From assembly GCA_964016885.1 (NCBI GenBank), contig OZ024749.1, positions 51,708,001-51,772,000 of the forward strand: a DNA stretch of 64,000 bases, read 5' to 3'. The position numbers and the translations under genes were made by a program. Source of the stretch: Eledone cirrhosa (lineage: Eukaryota). Position 1 is the first letter of the stretch. Each line of letters begins with the position of its first letter. Shown here in pieces: positions 1 through 12,417 of this stretch. The notes under the pieces were generated by a model that made no database searches, had not been told where the DNA came from, and worked only from the letters and a program-made list of their open reading frames with translations.

Positions 1-190
1 GTCTTTATTAGCGGAATATATTATTACTCTTTTCAGACAGATACTTTAGAATTTTTAGACAGTGTTAACAACAATCTTCGAATTAAACTTTCATTCTAGA
101 GTGATGTATGTTATTATTGGTAATGCGATAGAAACCTGTTTCTTTGACAAAGCTTACACTGCCTTAACATCAGAACAATGCTGCAGTAGA

Positions 191-450
191 CAAGTCCTTG
201 GTTTCAATGACTGCTCTATGTGAATGTGGCTGTGAACTAGTTGATCACCCCACCATATTCTCCTGATTTGGCCCCATCTGACTACCATTTGTTCCCCAAC
301 ATGAGAAAATACTTGGCTGGAAACCATATCGAATTGATGCTGACATTGTATCTGCTGTTGATGCCTTTTTAAACCATCAGAATGAAAGCTTCTTTACCAA
401 TGGGATTAAATAACTTCAGCCTCGATGTAAGAAGTGTGTGAACCGCATGG
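191..450 (+). mobile_element. Decayed mariner-family transposase fragment (catalytic C-terminus)
   Basis: Manual translation across frameshifts gives KSLVSMTALCECGCELVDH-PYSPDLAPSDYHLFPNMRKYLAG...DADIVSAVDAFLNHQNESFFTNGIK*LQPRCKKCV. YSPDLAPSD is the mariner motif containing the third catalytic Asp. Contains a stop and frameshifts. Confidence 0.9.
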
Positions 451-925
451 TGTTCCTCATATTTGCTCCACTAATGCTCAGAGTTCCAGAGGCTTTAATA
501 AGAAAACGATCTACAAACCCTCGGCTACCAACCTATACAAGGATATACCTGGTCTGCCACGAAATTACATATTTTTAGGAAGCAAAATTGTTTAAGGGTA
601 ATCCACCAATATTCCAGCATAATACCCAATGTAGTAGATAATTTAGGGATTACTACAATATATCGGTCATTTCTGGCTCAAATCTAAATATCACAAACAA
701 CCAGTTTATGGTTGCTAACTGATGTTGTGTGGATTATAAGCTTATACATGGAATTTCATGGTTGAATCGATAAAAGTATTGGACGCCATGTAATAGATTC
801 ATAAATTCTGTTCGATTATTAGCGAGGCATTAACCTACATGTCTTGTCTGACAACAGAGCTGCTCTGTTTGAGGTAACGGTAACATAGATATAGAGCTAT
901 GTTACAGCTGTTGTATAGGATGTTC

Positions 926-937
926 ATATATATATAT

Positions 938-995
<58 letters not shown>

Positions 996-1048
996 TCACA
1001 GACACATGTATGTATATATATATGTATATATATACTCACACACACATG

Positions 1049-1079
<31 letters not shown>

Positions 1080-1097
1080 GTATATATATATACACAC

Positions 1098-1175
<78 letters not shown>

Positions 1176-1219
1176 GTATATATATATATATACACACATA
1201 TGTATATATATATATACAC

Positions 1220-1273
<54 letters not shown>

Positions 1274-1285
1274 GTATATATATAT

Positions 1286-1380
<95 letters not shown>
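926..1380. repeat. Compound (TA)n/(CA)n/(TG)n microsatellite
   Basis: Directly visible; explains the YI/HT/CV-type ORFs. Confidence 0.95.
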
Positions 1381-1587
1381 GTAGGTATGTAGCAAGTTAA
1401 CTTCTACAGTGTGGAGTAATATTAACATGCTGTAATATTTGAAGTGACAAGTTCATAAAACTGATAGTTCCCGTTTAAATGAAAGATTGACCAAGCACGA
1501 AGCTATTACAATATATTACTTATGTTGACAACAAAGAGGAGAATGTTGAAGTTTACCTATATGTAAAGGGAAAATCGATAATATGGA

Positions 1588-2045
1588 ACCCAGTGTTTGA
1601 CAGGTAATTTATTTTATCGACCTGGGAAGGATAAAAGGCGAAGTTGATCTTGACGAGTTTTGTACTCAGAACGTAAAGAGGCGGGAGAAATTTCACAAAG
1701 TATCATGTCCGAAGACGCTCTACCGATTCTGATAATCCACTGCATATATGGCAGATTAGAAGGGTTTGTGATTTAGACACAAGGCCACCAATTTCGGGGG
1801 CTGGTCAAAGTCAATTAAATCGACCCCAGTGCATTATTTATTCGTTAATATATTTTATCAACCTCCGTAAGGATGAAAGGCAAAGTTAACCTCGGTGGTA
1901 TTTGAGTTCAAATACCCCAGTACTGGACTGGTACTGTTATTATCGACCTCGAATGGATGAAAGGTAAAGTTAACGTCGGCAGGATTTGAACTCCGGGAGC
2001 CGGAACAAATACCACAAAGTATTCTATCTGACAATTATCCGCCTA
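1588..2045 (-). mobile_element. Cluster of about 3 decayed tRNA-derived SINE copies (family A)
   Basis: Repeated reverse-complement core 'ttttatcgacc...aaggatgaaaggcaaagttaacctcggc...atttgaactc', i.e. B box plus conserved core. Confidence 0.8.
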
Positions 2046-2453
2046 TTATTACACGGTATAATATCCAAAAGCTCCCAAATGGACAACTATGCTATTACAA
2101 GGTAGTAGTAGTTCTGAGGAAAGTAGACTCTCATCCCAAACGCCATTTTATCTCGTATTCTTCTGAAGTAACTTCTTATCACCGAACCACCTTTTAATAT
2201 AACGATGCATTTAATTAATTAATTATTTTATCGTCCTTTTCTTCTGTCATCTTTCACGGACATGATCCATCGGATCAAAGAATATTCTACAATATAATTT
2301 GTGTGAGCTGAATGAATATGGTAGAATGTAAGGATGGAAAAATGTGAACAATATTTCATTGCCAAATCAGCTTTCTCTCGCTAATAGTTCCAATGGAATC
2401 ATCTATGCGTGATTCTTCTAAAACCTATAAAAGCTGAAAGAAAGACAGTTACA

Positions 2454-2860
2454 TTACTTGTCAAAAGTACGTATATCTTTTCCCAAGCAATGTGAATCAA
2501 AAGCATTTCGTAGCAATTTTCCCTTTATTTTTTGTGCTTGCCTTATTTGAGGTGCTTCTACCGTTGCGCTGAACTTTAACAGCAGCGGTGGTAACATGGA
2601 ACCTATTGGGGACAGCACAGGGACTGGCCGATGCCACAGGGACTGGCTGATGTCTACTGAGGTCATAAACATAGTCCTCGTGAAAGTGGCTGATGCCTGT
2701 CAGTGTTGCTTCATCCATAAAGCCGAAGAGGGGTGTTCGTGCGGATTAAGGGGTTGGCGCCCTTACTGAATGAAATTAGAAGCGCCAGTTCCCACACCTA
2801 GTTTATCTTACCGATAAATATGTTTACTAGGGTAGGATCACTGGTGGAACCCAGCCAACA
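2454..2860 (-). mobile_element. Probable 5' end of an RTE-type LINE (5'UTR plus decayed ORF start)
   Basis: GC-richer segment. Minus-strand ORF starts MDEATLTGISHF... and runs into KLL...IRTFDK, weakly resembling the start of an APE endonuclease. Shares a motif with the repeats at 41128 and 58945. Recognised from memory, not searched. Confidence 0.45.
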
Positions 2861-3783
2861 ACTACTAGGGTCCTAGAGGGTCACAGATAAGAATTAATGG
2901 GATGTTCGAAACCATAGTATTCTAGCCGGGCAAGAGGACGACTGCTGTTGGGTTAAGGTTTTATCCCTGACTGATGCTCTCCACATACATTATATACACA
3001 CACATACACACACCCACACATCAACACCCTCATATCCCACACACACATCACCTCCCCCACACACTTATTCACACATCAACACCCACATCAATACCCCATA
3101 CACCAACACCCCCACAAAAAAACCCATACACACATCCCCCCACCCCCATAGACACACACACCAACAACCCTCCCACACACTCAAACAACATCCCCCACCC
3201 CACCTTATACACCCCCACATCCACACACTTGTATATGGCGTGAAATTGTTAATTCTAGGAAGTGATTTGAAGTATCAAAAAAAAAATGGTAAAAAAAAAA
3301 TGAAAAAAAAGGAAAAAAAGAAAAAAGAAGTCAACATCGCCAAATTAGTATTACCTCTACATTGTTTTTTTTTTCTCTCCCTTGTAAAGAACGCAAACTT
3401 TAAATGCGACAATCAAGCCTTTATTCATCTATTCCACAATGATTCTTGCGTCGACCATGCCTCATTAGATCCACTTGGTGCTTTAATTGACTGAGTAGTG
3501 ATGATGCCAATTATATATTTATATGTTTATTTTTTTTTTTACTATCATCTTTTGTAAAATACCTCTTGCATCCCACATCCCACATCCAACATCCAACATC
3601 CCACATCATGCATCTCACATCTTCCCCTCCTCCCTGCACTCTACTTATAACTGCAATGGCTAATTCTAGTTTTTTTTTTCGTCTATGAAGAGGGAGAGAG
3701 AAAAAGAGAGAGAAAGAAGACAGAGAGAGAGATAAAGAGAGAGAAAGATAGATAGATACATAGAGATAAAGAGAGAAAGATAT

Positions 3784-3819
<36 letters not shown>

Positions 3820-3860
3820 GTAGATAGATAGAAGGAAATGGAGAAAAAATAAAGAGAGAA

Positions 3861-3923
<63 letters not shown>

Positions 3924-4750
3924 GAGAGAGAGAGAATTGGACAATTATCATTTCCCAGCGAGTGAATATCGATAGTTTCCAAACCTTAAATTAAACGTTC
4001 TAGCTCCATTTATTTGTCTTTAATATTGAGCATTGATTATTTTTTTGTTGTTCCTGAATGGCTACTTGTTGTTAATTGTTTCTCTTCTCTCTCAACGAAG
4101 AAGAAGCAGAAGACACCGACGCCATCTTAGAATTACGATGGACACATATATTATACTTTTATTTCGTTAACTGTTTTCTTCGTTGTCCAAAATATTGATT
4201 GGCAACAAACACTCTATATATATATATATATATATCTATATTATATATCTATGTTATATATCTATATCATATATCTATATTATATATCTATGTTATATAT
4301 CTATATTATATATACATATATATATATCTTCTCTTGTTATAAATTATATATTTATATTATATATCTATATTATATAGCTATATTATATATCATATATCTA
4401 TATTATATATATATATGTCATATATCTATATTATGTTATATATATCTATATTATATAGCTATATCATATGTCTAAATGTCTATAATATATAACTGTATTA
4501 TATAACTATATCTATATCATATATCTGTTATATATCTATATTATATATCTATATTAGATATATCTATATTATATATCTATAATATATATCTATATTATAT
4601 ATCTATATATAGATATGAGTCTATCAGTTTAGTAGAAATAATATTTGAAGAAAGAGTTCTAGTTTCTACAATTTTTCTAGTTTTTGCATCTTCTGAGGAA
4701 AAAATGTTGAATGTTTTTCAATTAACCATTGTCATTCATTTACACATATA

Positions 4751-5422
4751 TACAGGGTGTCCCACAACATTTGACATTATTTCGCAGGCCAATAATTTTG
4801 GCAATTCTTGTTGAAATAATCTCAAATTTTCACAGAATGTATAGAAACAGATCAAGATTTTATATTTAATATTTTATATTTTTCTCTTTTCAGGTTGAGA
4901 AATGCCGTTCACTTCCAAAGAAAGTCATTTTGCATCTTGGAATATGCTCGAACACAGTCACCCAAGACTGTGCAGTGTGCCTTCAATGCAAAATTTGGAA
5001 AAAAAGTCATCAACTGCTAAAAAGTGTCCTCAGGATACGCCAAACCGCCATTCGAGGAATCTGGGTTTCCAAACTTGTTCTCCTTACGGACTTCTTGGGG
5101 CTTCGCAAGAGTTTTTCACGAACTTGCTCGACCTTCTCTTCTGATGTTGATGATGGTCTTCCAGATCCTTTAGCCCTGCATAAGCAGCCTTCCTCTTTAA
5201 ATTTTTGGTACCATGTCCAAATTTGTTTGCCAGTTGGTGTCTTTTTTCCAAATTTTGCATTGAAGGCATATTCCAAGATGCAAAATGACTTTTCTTTGGA
5301 AGTGAACGGCATTTATCAACCTGAAAAGAGAAAAATATAAAACATTAAATATAAAATCTTGATCTGTTTCTATACATTCTGTGAAAATTTGAGGTTATTT
5401 CAACGAGAATTGCCAAAATTAT
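4751..5422. mobile_element. Tc1/mariner-superfamily (DUF4817-type HTH) transposon 5' end present twice in inverted orientation (foldback)
   Basis: TA|CAGGGTGTCC terminus at 4751-4762. Arms 4792-5016 and 5231-5422 are reverse complements. Minus ORF 5010-5312 reads MPFTSKEKSFCILEY...WYQKFKEEGCLCRAKGSGRPSSTSEEKVEQVREKLLRSPKKSVRRTSLETQIP..VWRILR, typical of a transposase N-terminal HTH region. Confidence 0.88.
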
Positions 5423-5554
5423 ATTTAGTATTGAACCCAGTACTTATTTAACGGGGTTTTTGTTGGTTGATTTTGTTGAATCGCTGTTACATGGCTTAAA
5501 ACACAGACTCAGGTACAAAAGTAAACACACACAACGTAAACACAATTTATACCA

Positions 5555-5786
5555 TAAAGCGTCGGGCAACATACTTTATAGCATATAGTTACGTCCCTTT
5601 ACGTTCTGAGTTAAAATTCCACCGACACCGAGGTTATCTTTGCCTTTCACCTTTCATCTTTACATGGTCGATAAAATAAAGTATCAGTAATGCACTGGGA
5701 TCGATTTAATCGACTTTCTCCCTGCCCCCCACTTCTCCTTCTCTCTCCCAAAATTGTTGCCCTTGTGCCTAAATCAGAAACGATTA
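5555..5786 (+). mobile_element. tRNA-derived SINE, family A long form
   Basis: 'ctttacgttctgagtt...gaggttatctttgcctttca...gtcgataaaataaagtatcagtaatgcactgggatcgatttaatcgac...aaaattgttgcccttgtgcctaaatcagaaac'. Confidence 0.85.
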
Positions 5787-5809
5787 TTATTTCATTATAT
5801 TAAGCTTCC

Positions 5810-5933
<124 letters not shown>

Positions 5934-6129
5934 GTACCAGTTGTTAATTAATATATTTGTTTAATTATTTATTTATTTCTACTGTATAATTGTCATTGCG
6001 TAAACATTGAAAATAGAATTACAAATATTTAATTCCAACTATTGCTAATTAAGTTTTGTGTTAAAATAATGTTGATAATTACATAACATCGTTCTCAGAT
6101 CTAACCTTGCATTATCATCGTTATTATTA

Positions 6130-6830
6130 TCAACAGCCTCCACCCCCGCCACCGCCATCACCACTGCCACCGCCGCCTTCACAAGCACCAGCACCACCAC
6201 CACCAACACCAGCACCACCGCCATCACCATCACCGCCACCTTCATCAGCACCAGCACCAGCACCAGCACCACTGCCACCACCGCCACGGCCACCGCCATC
6301 ACCACCACCAACACCACCACCATCATCACCACCACCACCACCACTGCCACCACCACCATCACCACCACCACCACCACTGCCACCATCACAACCACCACCA
6401 CCACCATCACCACTGCCACCATCACCACCACCACCACCACCGCCACCACCACCACCACCACCACCACCACCACCATCACCACCATAACTATCCCCACCAC
6501 CACCACCACCACCACCACCGCAACCACCACCACCACCACCACCATAACTCCCCCCCCCCCCCCCACCGCAACCACCACCATCATCACCACCACCACCACC
6601 ATCACCACCACCACCACCACCACCACCACCACCACCACCACCACCACCACCACCACCACCACCACCACCACCACCACCACCACCATAACTATCCCCACCA
6701 CCACCACCACCACCACCACCACCACCACCACCACATAACCACCACCACATGCCGACGTTGGCCCTCAGCCCACCACCACCACCACCACCATCATCACCAC
6801 CACCGCAACCATCATCATCATCACCATCCA
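6130..6830. repeat. Degenerate (CAC)n/(GGT)n trinucleotide tract, about 700 bp
   Basis: Directly visible. Gives poly-Pro, poly-Gly and poly-Val ORFs depending on frame. Confidence 0.9.
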
Positions 6831-6879
6831 ACGTTTCTTCCTACTCATGATCGGTCTCCTCTGCTTTCAGCATCAGATT

Positions 6880-7335
6880 TCACACACACATACACATACA
6901 TGTGCACACATATACATATCCACACCCACAAATGCACACATACACACACACACACATATATATATACACACACACACATATATATATACACACGCCCACA
7001 CATATATATATATACACACGCCCACACATACACATACATGTGCACACATATACATATCCACACCCACAAATGCACACATACACACACACACACATATATA
7101 TATACACACACACACATATATATATACACACGCCCACACATATATATATACACACGCCCACACATACACATACATGTGCACACATATACATATCCACACC
7201 CACAAATGCACACACACACACATATATATATATGCACACGCCCACACATATATATACACACGCCCACACATATATATACACACGCCCACACATATATATA
7301 CACACACATATATATATATATACACACACGCACAC

Positions 7336-7382
<47 letters not shown>

Positions 7383-7689
7383 CACACGCACACACATATA
7401 TATACACACGCCCACACATACACACATATATATACACACACACACACACATATATATACACACGCCCACACATATATATACACACGCCCACACACACACA
7501 CACACATATATATACACACACACACACACACATATATATATACACACACGCACACATATATATATACACACACACACACACATATATATATACACACGCA
7601 CACACATATATATACACACGCCCACACATACGCACATATATATACACACACACACATATATATATCCACACACGCACACACATATATAT

Positions 7690-7720
<31 letters not shown>

Positions 7721-8700
7721 CACACACGCACACACATATATATACACACGCCCACACAGACATGCCAACGTGTTATATATTATCTGAAACAGGTTGAAAT
7801 CATCCAGAAGCGATTCCAGTGTGTGTGTATGTGTGTGTGTATGTCTGTATGTGTATGTATATATGTGTGTGTATGTCATTGTGCGTATTTGTGTGTGTGT
7901 GTCAGTGTGTGTGGGGGGGGGGGCGTGTGTGTATGTCTGTATGTTTGTGTGTATATGTATATATATATGTGTGTATGTCATTGTGCGTATTTGTGTGTGT
8001 GTCAGTGTGTGTAAGTGTGTGTGAGTGTGGGGGTGGGGGCGTGTGTGTATGTATGTCTGTATGTGTATATATGTGTGTGTATGTCATTGTGCGTATTTGT
8101 GTGTGTGTGTCAGTGTGTGTAAGTGTGTGTGGGTGTGTAGGTGGGGGTGGGGTATGTATGTCTGTATGTGTATGTATATATGTGTGTGTATCTCATTGTG
8201 CGTATTTGTGTGTGTGTATCAGTGTGTGTCAGTGTGTGTGTGTGGTGGTGTGTGTGTGGGGGGGGGGTGTATGTATGTCTGTATGTGTATGTATATATGT
8301 GTGTGTATCTCATTGTGCGTATTTGTGTGTGTGTGTGTCAGTGTGTGTGTATGTATGTCTGTATGTGTATGTATATATGTGTGTGTATCTCATTGTGCGT
8401 ATTTGTGTGTGTGTGTCAGTGTGTGTCAGTGTGTGTCAGTGTGTGTGTGGGGGGCGTGTGTGTATGTATGTCTGTATGTGTATGTATATATATGTGTGTG
8501 TATGTCATTGTGCGTATTTGTTTGTGTGTGTGTATGTGTCTGTGTGGGTGGGCGTGCGTGTGTAAATGTATATGCGTGAGTGTGTCACAGTGTGTATGTG
8601 TGCGTGTCTAAATGTATGTGTGAGTGTGTCAGTGTATGCGTGTATATATATATACATATGTGTGTGAGTGTATATGCGTGTGAGTGTATGTGTGTGTGTG
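6880..8700. repeat. Microsatellite-derived composite array: CA/TA block with recurring 'cacgccca' (6880-7757), then TG block with about 7 higher-order units marked by 'cattgtgcgtatttg' (7819-8560)
   Basis: The marker motif occurs at about 7877, 7979, 8085, 8194, 8311, 8391 and 8506. Confidence 0.9.
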
Positions 8701-9121
8701 GCCACCCAATAGAAAGCACGAGAACTATTTGTATTTTCTAAACATCACTCTTGCTATTTTGATATGAATTAGTTGTCAAACCAATCAGAAAAATTAAGAT
8801 ATTGATTCGTATTTTCCAAAATGGCGCTAACAACAATGAAGAAAAAAAAAACAAAAAAAAACAAAGAATTAAATTTCAGAAGACTTAAGTGGGTGATAAC
8901 GTAATTGATATTGTAATCCAAGAAGTCTTAATTGATTAAAATTACACCTTTAATGAGGAATACAGGGATTTCATAAATGATTAATTTGAAAAAAAAACAA
9001 AAAAAAAAAACGTGTGCCCTTAACTGCTGATGGAGTCGTAGGGACGTCATCTTTATGGCGTCATGTCTTGGGCATTTAAAATCTGACGGAACTCATCCCT
9101 TCTCTAGATCGGAATATAGCT

Positions 9122-9160
<39 letters not shown>

Positions 9161-9326
9161 AGCTACACACTTTAACCTCTAAGCCTCGCTGTCCGATCTT
9201 TAGAAGTACGTTGACAACTGAGTGCATGTTTAGCCCTTATTAGACCTCATCAGTGAAATGTAGTTTAACCGTGACTGTAAGATTTTAGAACAACTAGAAT
9301 AAACATAGAGTGGTGCACTGAATATG

Positions 9327-9348
9327 AGGGTTAGGGTTAGGGTTAGGG
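9327..9348 (+). repeat. Interstitial telomeric repeat AGGG(TTAGGG)3
   Basis: Exact sequence agggttagggttagggttaggg. Confidence 0.9.
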
Positions 9349-9507
9349 TGTTATTGACTGCTTGGAACATTGTGTAAAGTGTAGAAAATAATGTTTTGTT
9401 TCAAAAACTACCACATTGTGAATTGAACGGTAATTGTTAAAAATATAACAACGATGTTGATATGTTACCTGGCAATTCTTTATAGAAGAATATTCAATAT
9501 TTAATAG

Positions 9508-9708
9508 GGGTGGTGGATTGGCAGTATCGGTAGAGCGTCAGACAACATGCTTTATGGCATAGGGTTATACCCCTTTACGACCAGAGTTCAAACCCTCTTT
9601 CATCCTTACAGGGTCGACAAAATTAAGTACCAGTAATGCGCTGGAGTAGATTTAATCGATCTTCCCTTCCACCCAAAATTGCTGCCCTTTTGCCTAAATC
9701 AGAAACCA
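9508..9708 (+). mobile_element. tRNA-derived SINE, family A long form, near full length
   Basis: A-box-like tggcagtatcgg, B box gagttcaaacc, core catccttacagggtcgac, tail ttgcctaaatcagaaacc. Confidence 0.88.
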
Positions 9709-9954
9709 ATATTTTATATTCTATATTTGCCAAAAAACATTTAACAATATTTAACTTTGATCCTTTGCAAAATTGGTTTTACGTCTAGCTAATAGAAATT
9801 AATTGTCAAGTTAAACATTGTGTAGAAAAGTTCGACGAAGATAAGTTTGCATGACCTGTCAATTCCATTCGATTCTAAACAATGCAGTTTTGTTTAGAAA
9901 TGTTATTATTTAAGCTAAAATGATTATAATTTCCTTAATATATAATTTTACGAC

Positions 9955-10380
9955 GAGTTAGCAGAGTTCTTAGAGCGTCGTATAGAATGCTTTGGTGTGT
10001 TCGTTCCGGTTTTCTGCTCCCTGAGTTTAAACCTTCTCTTGAGGTCAATTTTGCTTTATATTCTTTCGAGGTCGATATAAAAAGTACCAGTCCAATACTG
10101 GGATCAATTCTTGCTTTATGTCTCTTTCTTACCTCCTCTGAAAGAAATCGGCTGTGTTCAGATAAAAAAATGTACCACTCCAATAATGGTGTCGTTTCTT
10201 TCTCTATATCTCTTTCTCAATTCTTCTTCTTCTCTCTCTCTCTCTCACTCTCACCTTTTATCGAAGAGATCGGTAGTGTTCAGACATGGAGAGACAGAAG
10301 GGCTCTGCAAGGTTTTAAAAAATGCACTAGAAACGCTGTATGGCAGACACTACGGTGTCCCTACCACGCCACCAGAAGTT
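9955..10380 (+). mobile_element. SINE family B: same head and core with a long extension ending 'aaatgccctagaaacg...cctacgac'
   Basis: The extension recurs at about 9015-9125 (-), 31930-32100 (-), 37650-37980 (-), 47665-47800 (+), 53065-53370 (-) and 53792-54073 (+). Confidence 0.7.
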
Positions 10381-10690
10381 ATAAGTTTATACATGCATAC
10401 GTATATTCATATCGGTTACTTTATTATTGGTCAATTGTATAAAACTTTGTTAATATGTTTTCCTTATTTAAATGGTACGGAAATGGGACGTAAGAACGCC
10501 GCAACAGACCCTGACGTTTTATGAAATGATTAACCTGATTACCAAGCATTCGGAAATTATTTCTCCCAAATTCAGTTCAATTGATTTAATCTTTCATGTA
10601 AAACAAAGCCAAGCCTGCCTTTATTCTGTAGCAATTTTTATATATATAAGGGTGAAAGCAGCGATTCTTTGCTTAAACTTTAATCTGTTA

Positions 10691-10726
<36 letters not shown>

Positions 10727-10784
10727 TATATATATATATATATTTTTATATATATATATATATTTTTATATATATATATATATA

Positions 10785-11196
10785 TGAAAACAGGGGGAAA
10801 GAGACGATTATGAGGAAGAAAAATATCTTTTTTTCCTTTTTTTGTCTCTCTCTCTCTCTCTTTTCTGGGTTAGAAAATGATTAAAACGAAATGTTTTACT
10901 TTGTGTGAAGTGTTAAGGTATTAGTTGATTTATTTATCAATTAACAATGGCATTTATTTATCTATTTATATATTTAATTATTGTCTATTACCGGTTTCTG
11001 CATTTATATGCATTATCAAATGATAGTGAAATGTATTAGTGTGGTGTCACACATGTTAAACAGAAGGTGCAGAAAGAATAATGTTATTTACAAACAAGGT
11101 TTAAGAAGTGAAAAGAAAAAAGAAAAATCGTCTCTTTCCCCCTGTTTTCATATATATATATCCTAACTCGTGTGCCTCCTCTCCACATTTTATTAT

Positions 11197-11199
<3 letters not shown>
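10785..11199. mobile_element. Non-coding Penelope-like remnant in (TA)n with 25-bp inverted ends
   Basis: 10785-10809 tgaaaacagggggaaagagacgatt is the exact reverse complement of 11126-11150. Unique tail at 11161-11199. Contains an HHR-like motif. Confidence 0.7.
10985..11026 (-). ncRNA. Minimal type I hammerhead ribozyme motif, U3-A8 core variant, weak stem I
   Basis: Minus strand: CUAUCAU-UUGAUAA-UGCAU(AUAA)AUGCA-GAAA-CCGG-UA-AUAG. Palindromic stem III ACCGGU and a GUA cleavage triplet. Confidence 0.6.
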
Positions 11200-11295
<96 letters not shown>

Positions 11296-11599
11296 ATATA
11301 TATATATATGTGTATATATATATAACAATTTATATATATATATGTATATGTATGTATGTATATATATGTATGTATATGTATATATGTATATGTGTATGTT
11401 TATATATACATGTGTATATTATATATTATGTATATATATATATGTCTATATATATGTATATATATATGTCTATATATATGTATATATATATATGTCTATA
11501 TATATATATGTATATGTATATATATGCATATGTATATATATATATATATGTATATATATATGTCTATATATATATATGTATATGTATATATATGCATAT

Positions 11600-11637
<38 letters not shown>

Positions 11638-11638
11638 G

Positions 11639-11669
<31 letters not shown>

Positions 11670-11832
11670 GTATATATATGTATATGTATATATATGTATA
11701 TATATGTATATATATATATATGTATATATATGTATATGTATATATATGTATATATATATATATGTATATATATATATGTATATATATATATGTATATATA
11801 TATGTATATATAAGTGTATATATATATATGTA

Positions 11833-11873
<41 letters not shown>

Positions 11874-12040
11874 GTATATATATATGTGTATATATGTATA
11901 TATATATATATGTATATATATATGTATATACGCATATATGTGTATATATGTATATACGTATATATGCATATATGTATATATGCTTATATGTATATATGTA
12001 TATATGTGTTTATTGTATATCTATATGTATAGCAATTATA
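11200..12040. repeat. Long (TA)n/(TATG)n microsatellite
   Basis: Directly visible. Confidence 0.95.
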
Positions 12041-12071
12041 AATGTGAAGAGAAAATAGACAAAATATAGCT

Positions 12072-12110
<39 letters not shown>

Positions 12111-12135
12111 TACTAGATTTCTATAAGAATATAAC

Positions 12136-12316
12136 TGTTTCTACTTTAGGCACAAGGCCAGCAATTACCCAGTGCATTACTGGTACTTTATTTTATCGAC
12201 CCCGTGAGGATGAAAGGCAAAGTCAACCTCAGCGGGATTTGAACTCAGATCATAAAGGGACGTAACTATGCTGGAAAGCATGGCGTCCGACCCTCTACCG
12301 ATACTGCCAATCCACC
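12136..12316 (-). mobile_element. tRNA-derived SINE, family A short form
   Basis: Reverse complement of the head, B box, core and short tail 'gcactgggtaattgctggccttgtgcc'. Confidence 0.9.
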
Positions 12317-12320
12317 ATCA

Positions 12321-12417
12321 TTGATCTCAGTAGACAGGTGGGGTAGTTGGCCTTGATAAGCTTCAACCAAAGCGAAACATGTTATGTCGGCTTATCTCCC
12401 CTGTTTACTGAGATCAA
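12321..12417 (+). ncRNA. Type I hammerhead ribozyme motif (U3-A8 core) closed by an approximately 30-bp extended stem I
   Basis: UUGAUAA (12353-12359), GCUU(CAACCA)AAGC, GAAA (12374-12377), CAUG, UU. Flank ttgatctcagtagacagg...gttggc pairs with gtcggc...cctgtttactgagatcaa through many G-U wobbles. The base pair next to the core is imperfect. Confidence 0.7.

Noticed and set aside
715-770. Hammerhead-like motif ctgatgt-tgtgtgg...ttataca-tggaa
   Set aside because: Both core boxes are mutated and there is no convincing stem I or III. At most a very old remnant.
899-1428. Long [12 protein letters not shown] ORFs here and throughout (e.g. 11108-12069, 35522-37029)
   Set aside because: These are translations of dinucleotide microsatellites that lack stop codons. 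There is no coding evidence.
3350-3494. Putative exon after a polypyrimidine tract (NANFKCDNQAF...)
   Set aside because: No recognisable domain, no partner exons, and the acceptor is atypical.
9508-9600. tRNA gene candidates (A and B boxes)
   Set aside because: The boxes belong to multi-copy SINE heads and do not fold into a cloverleaf.
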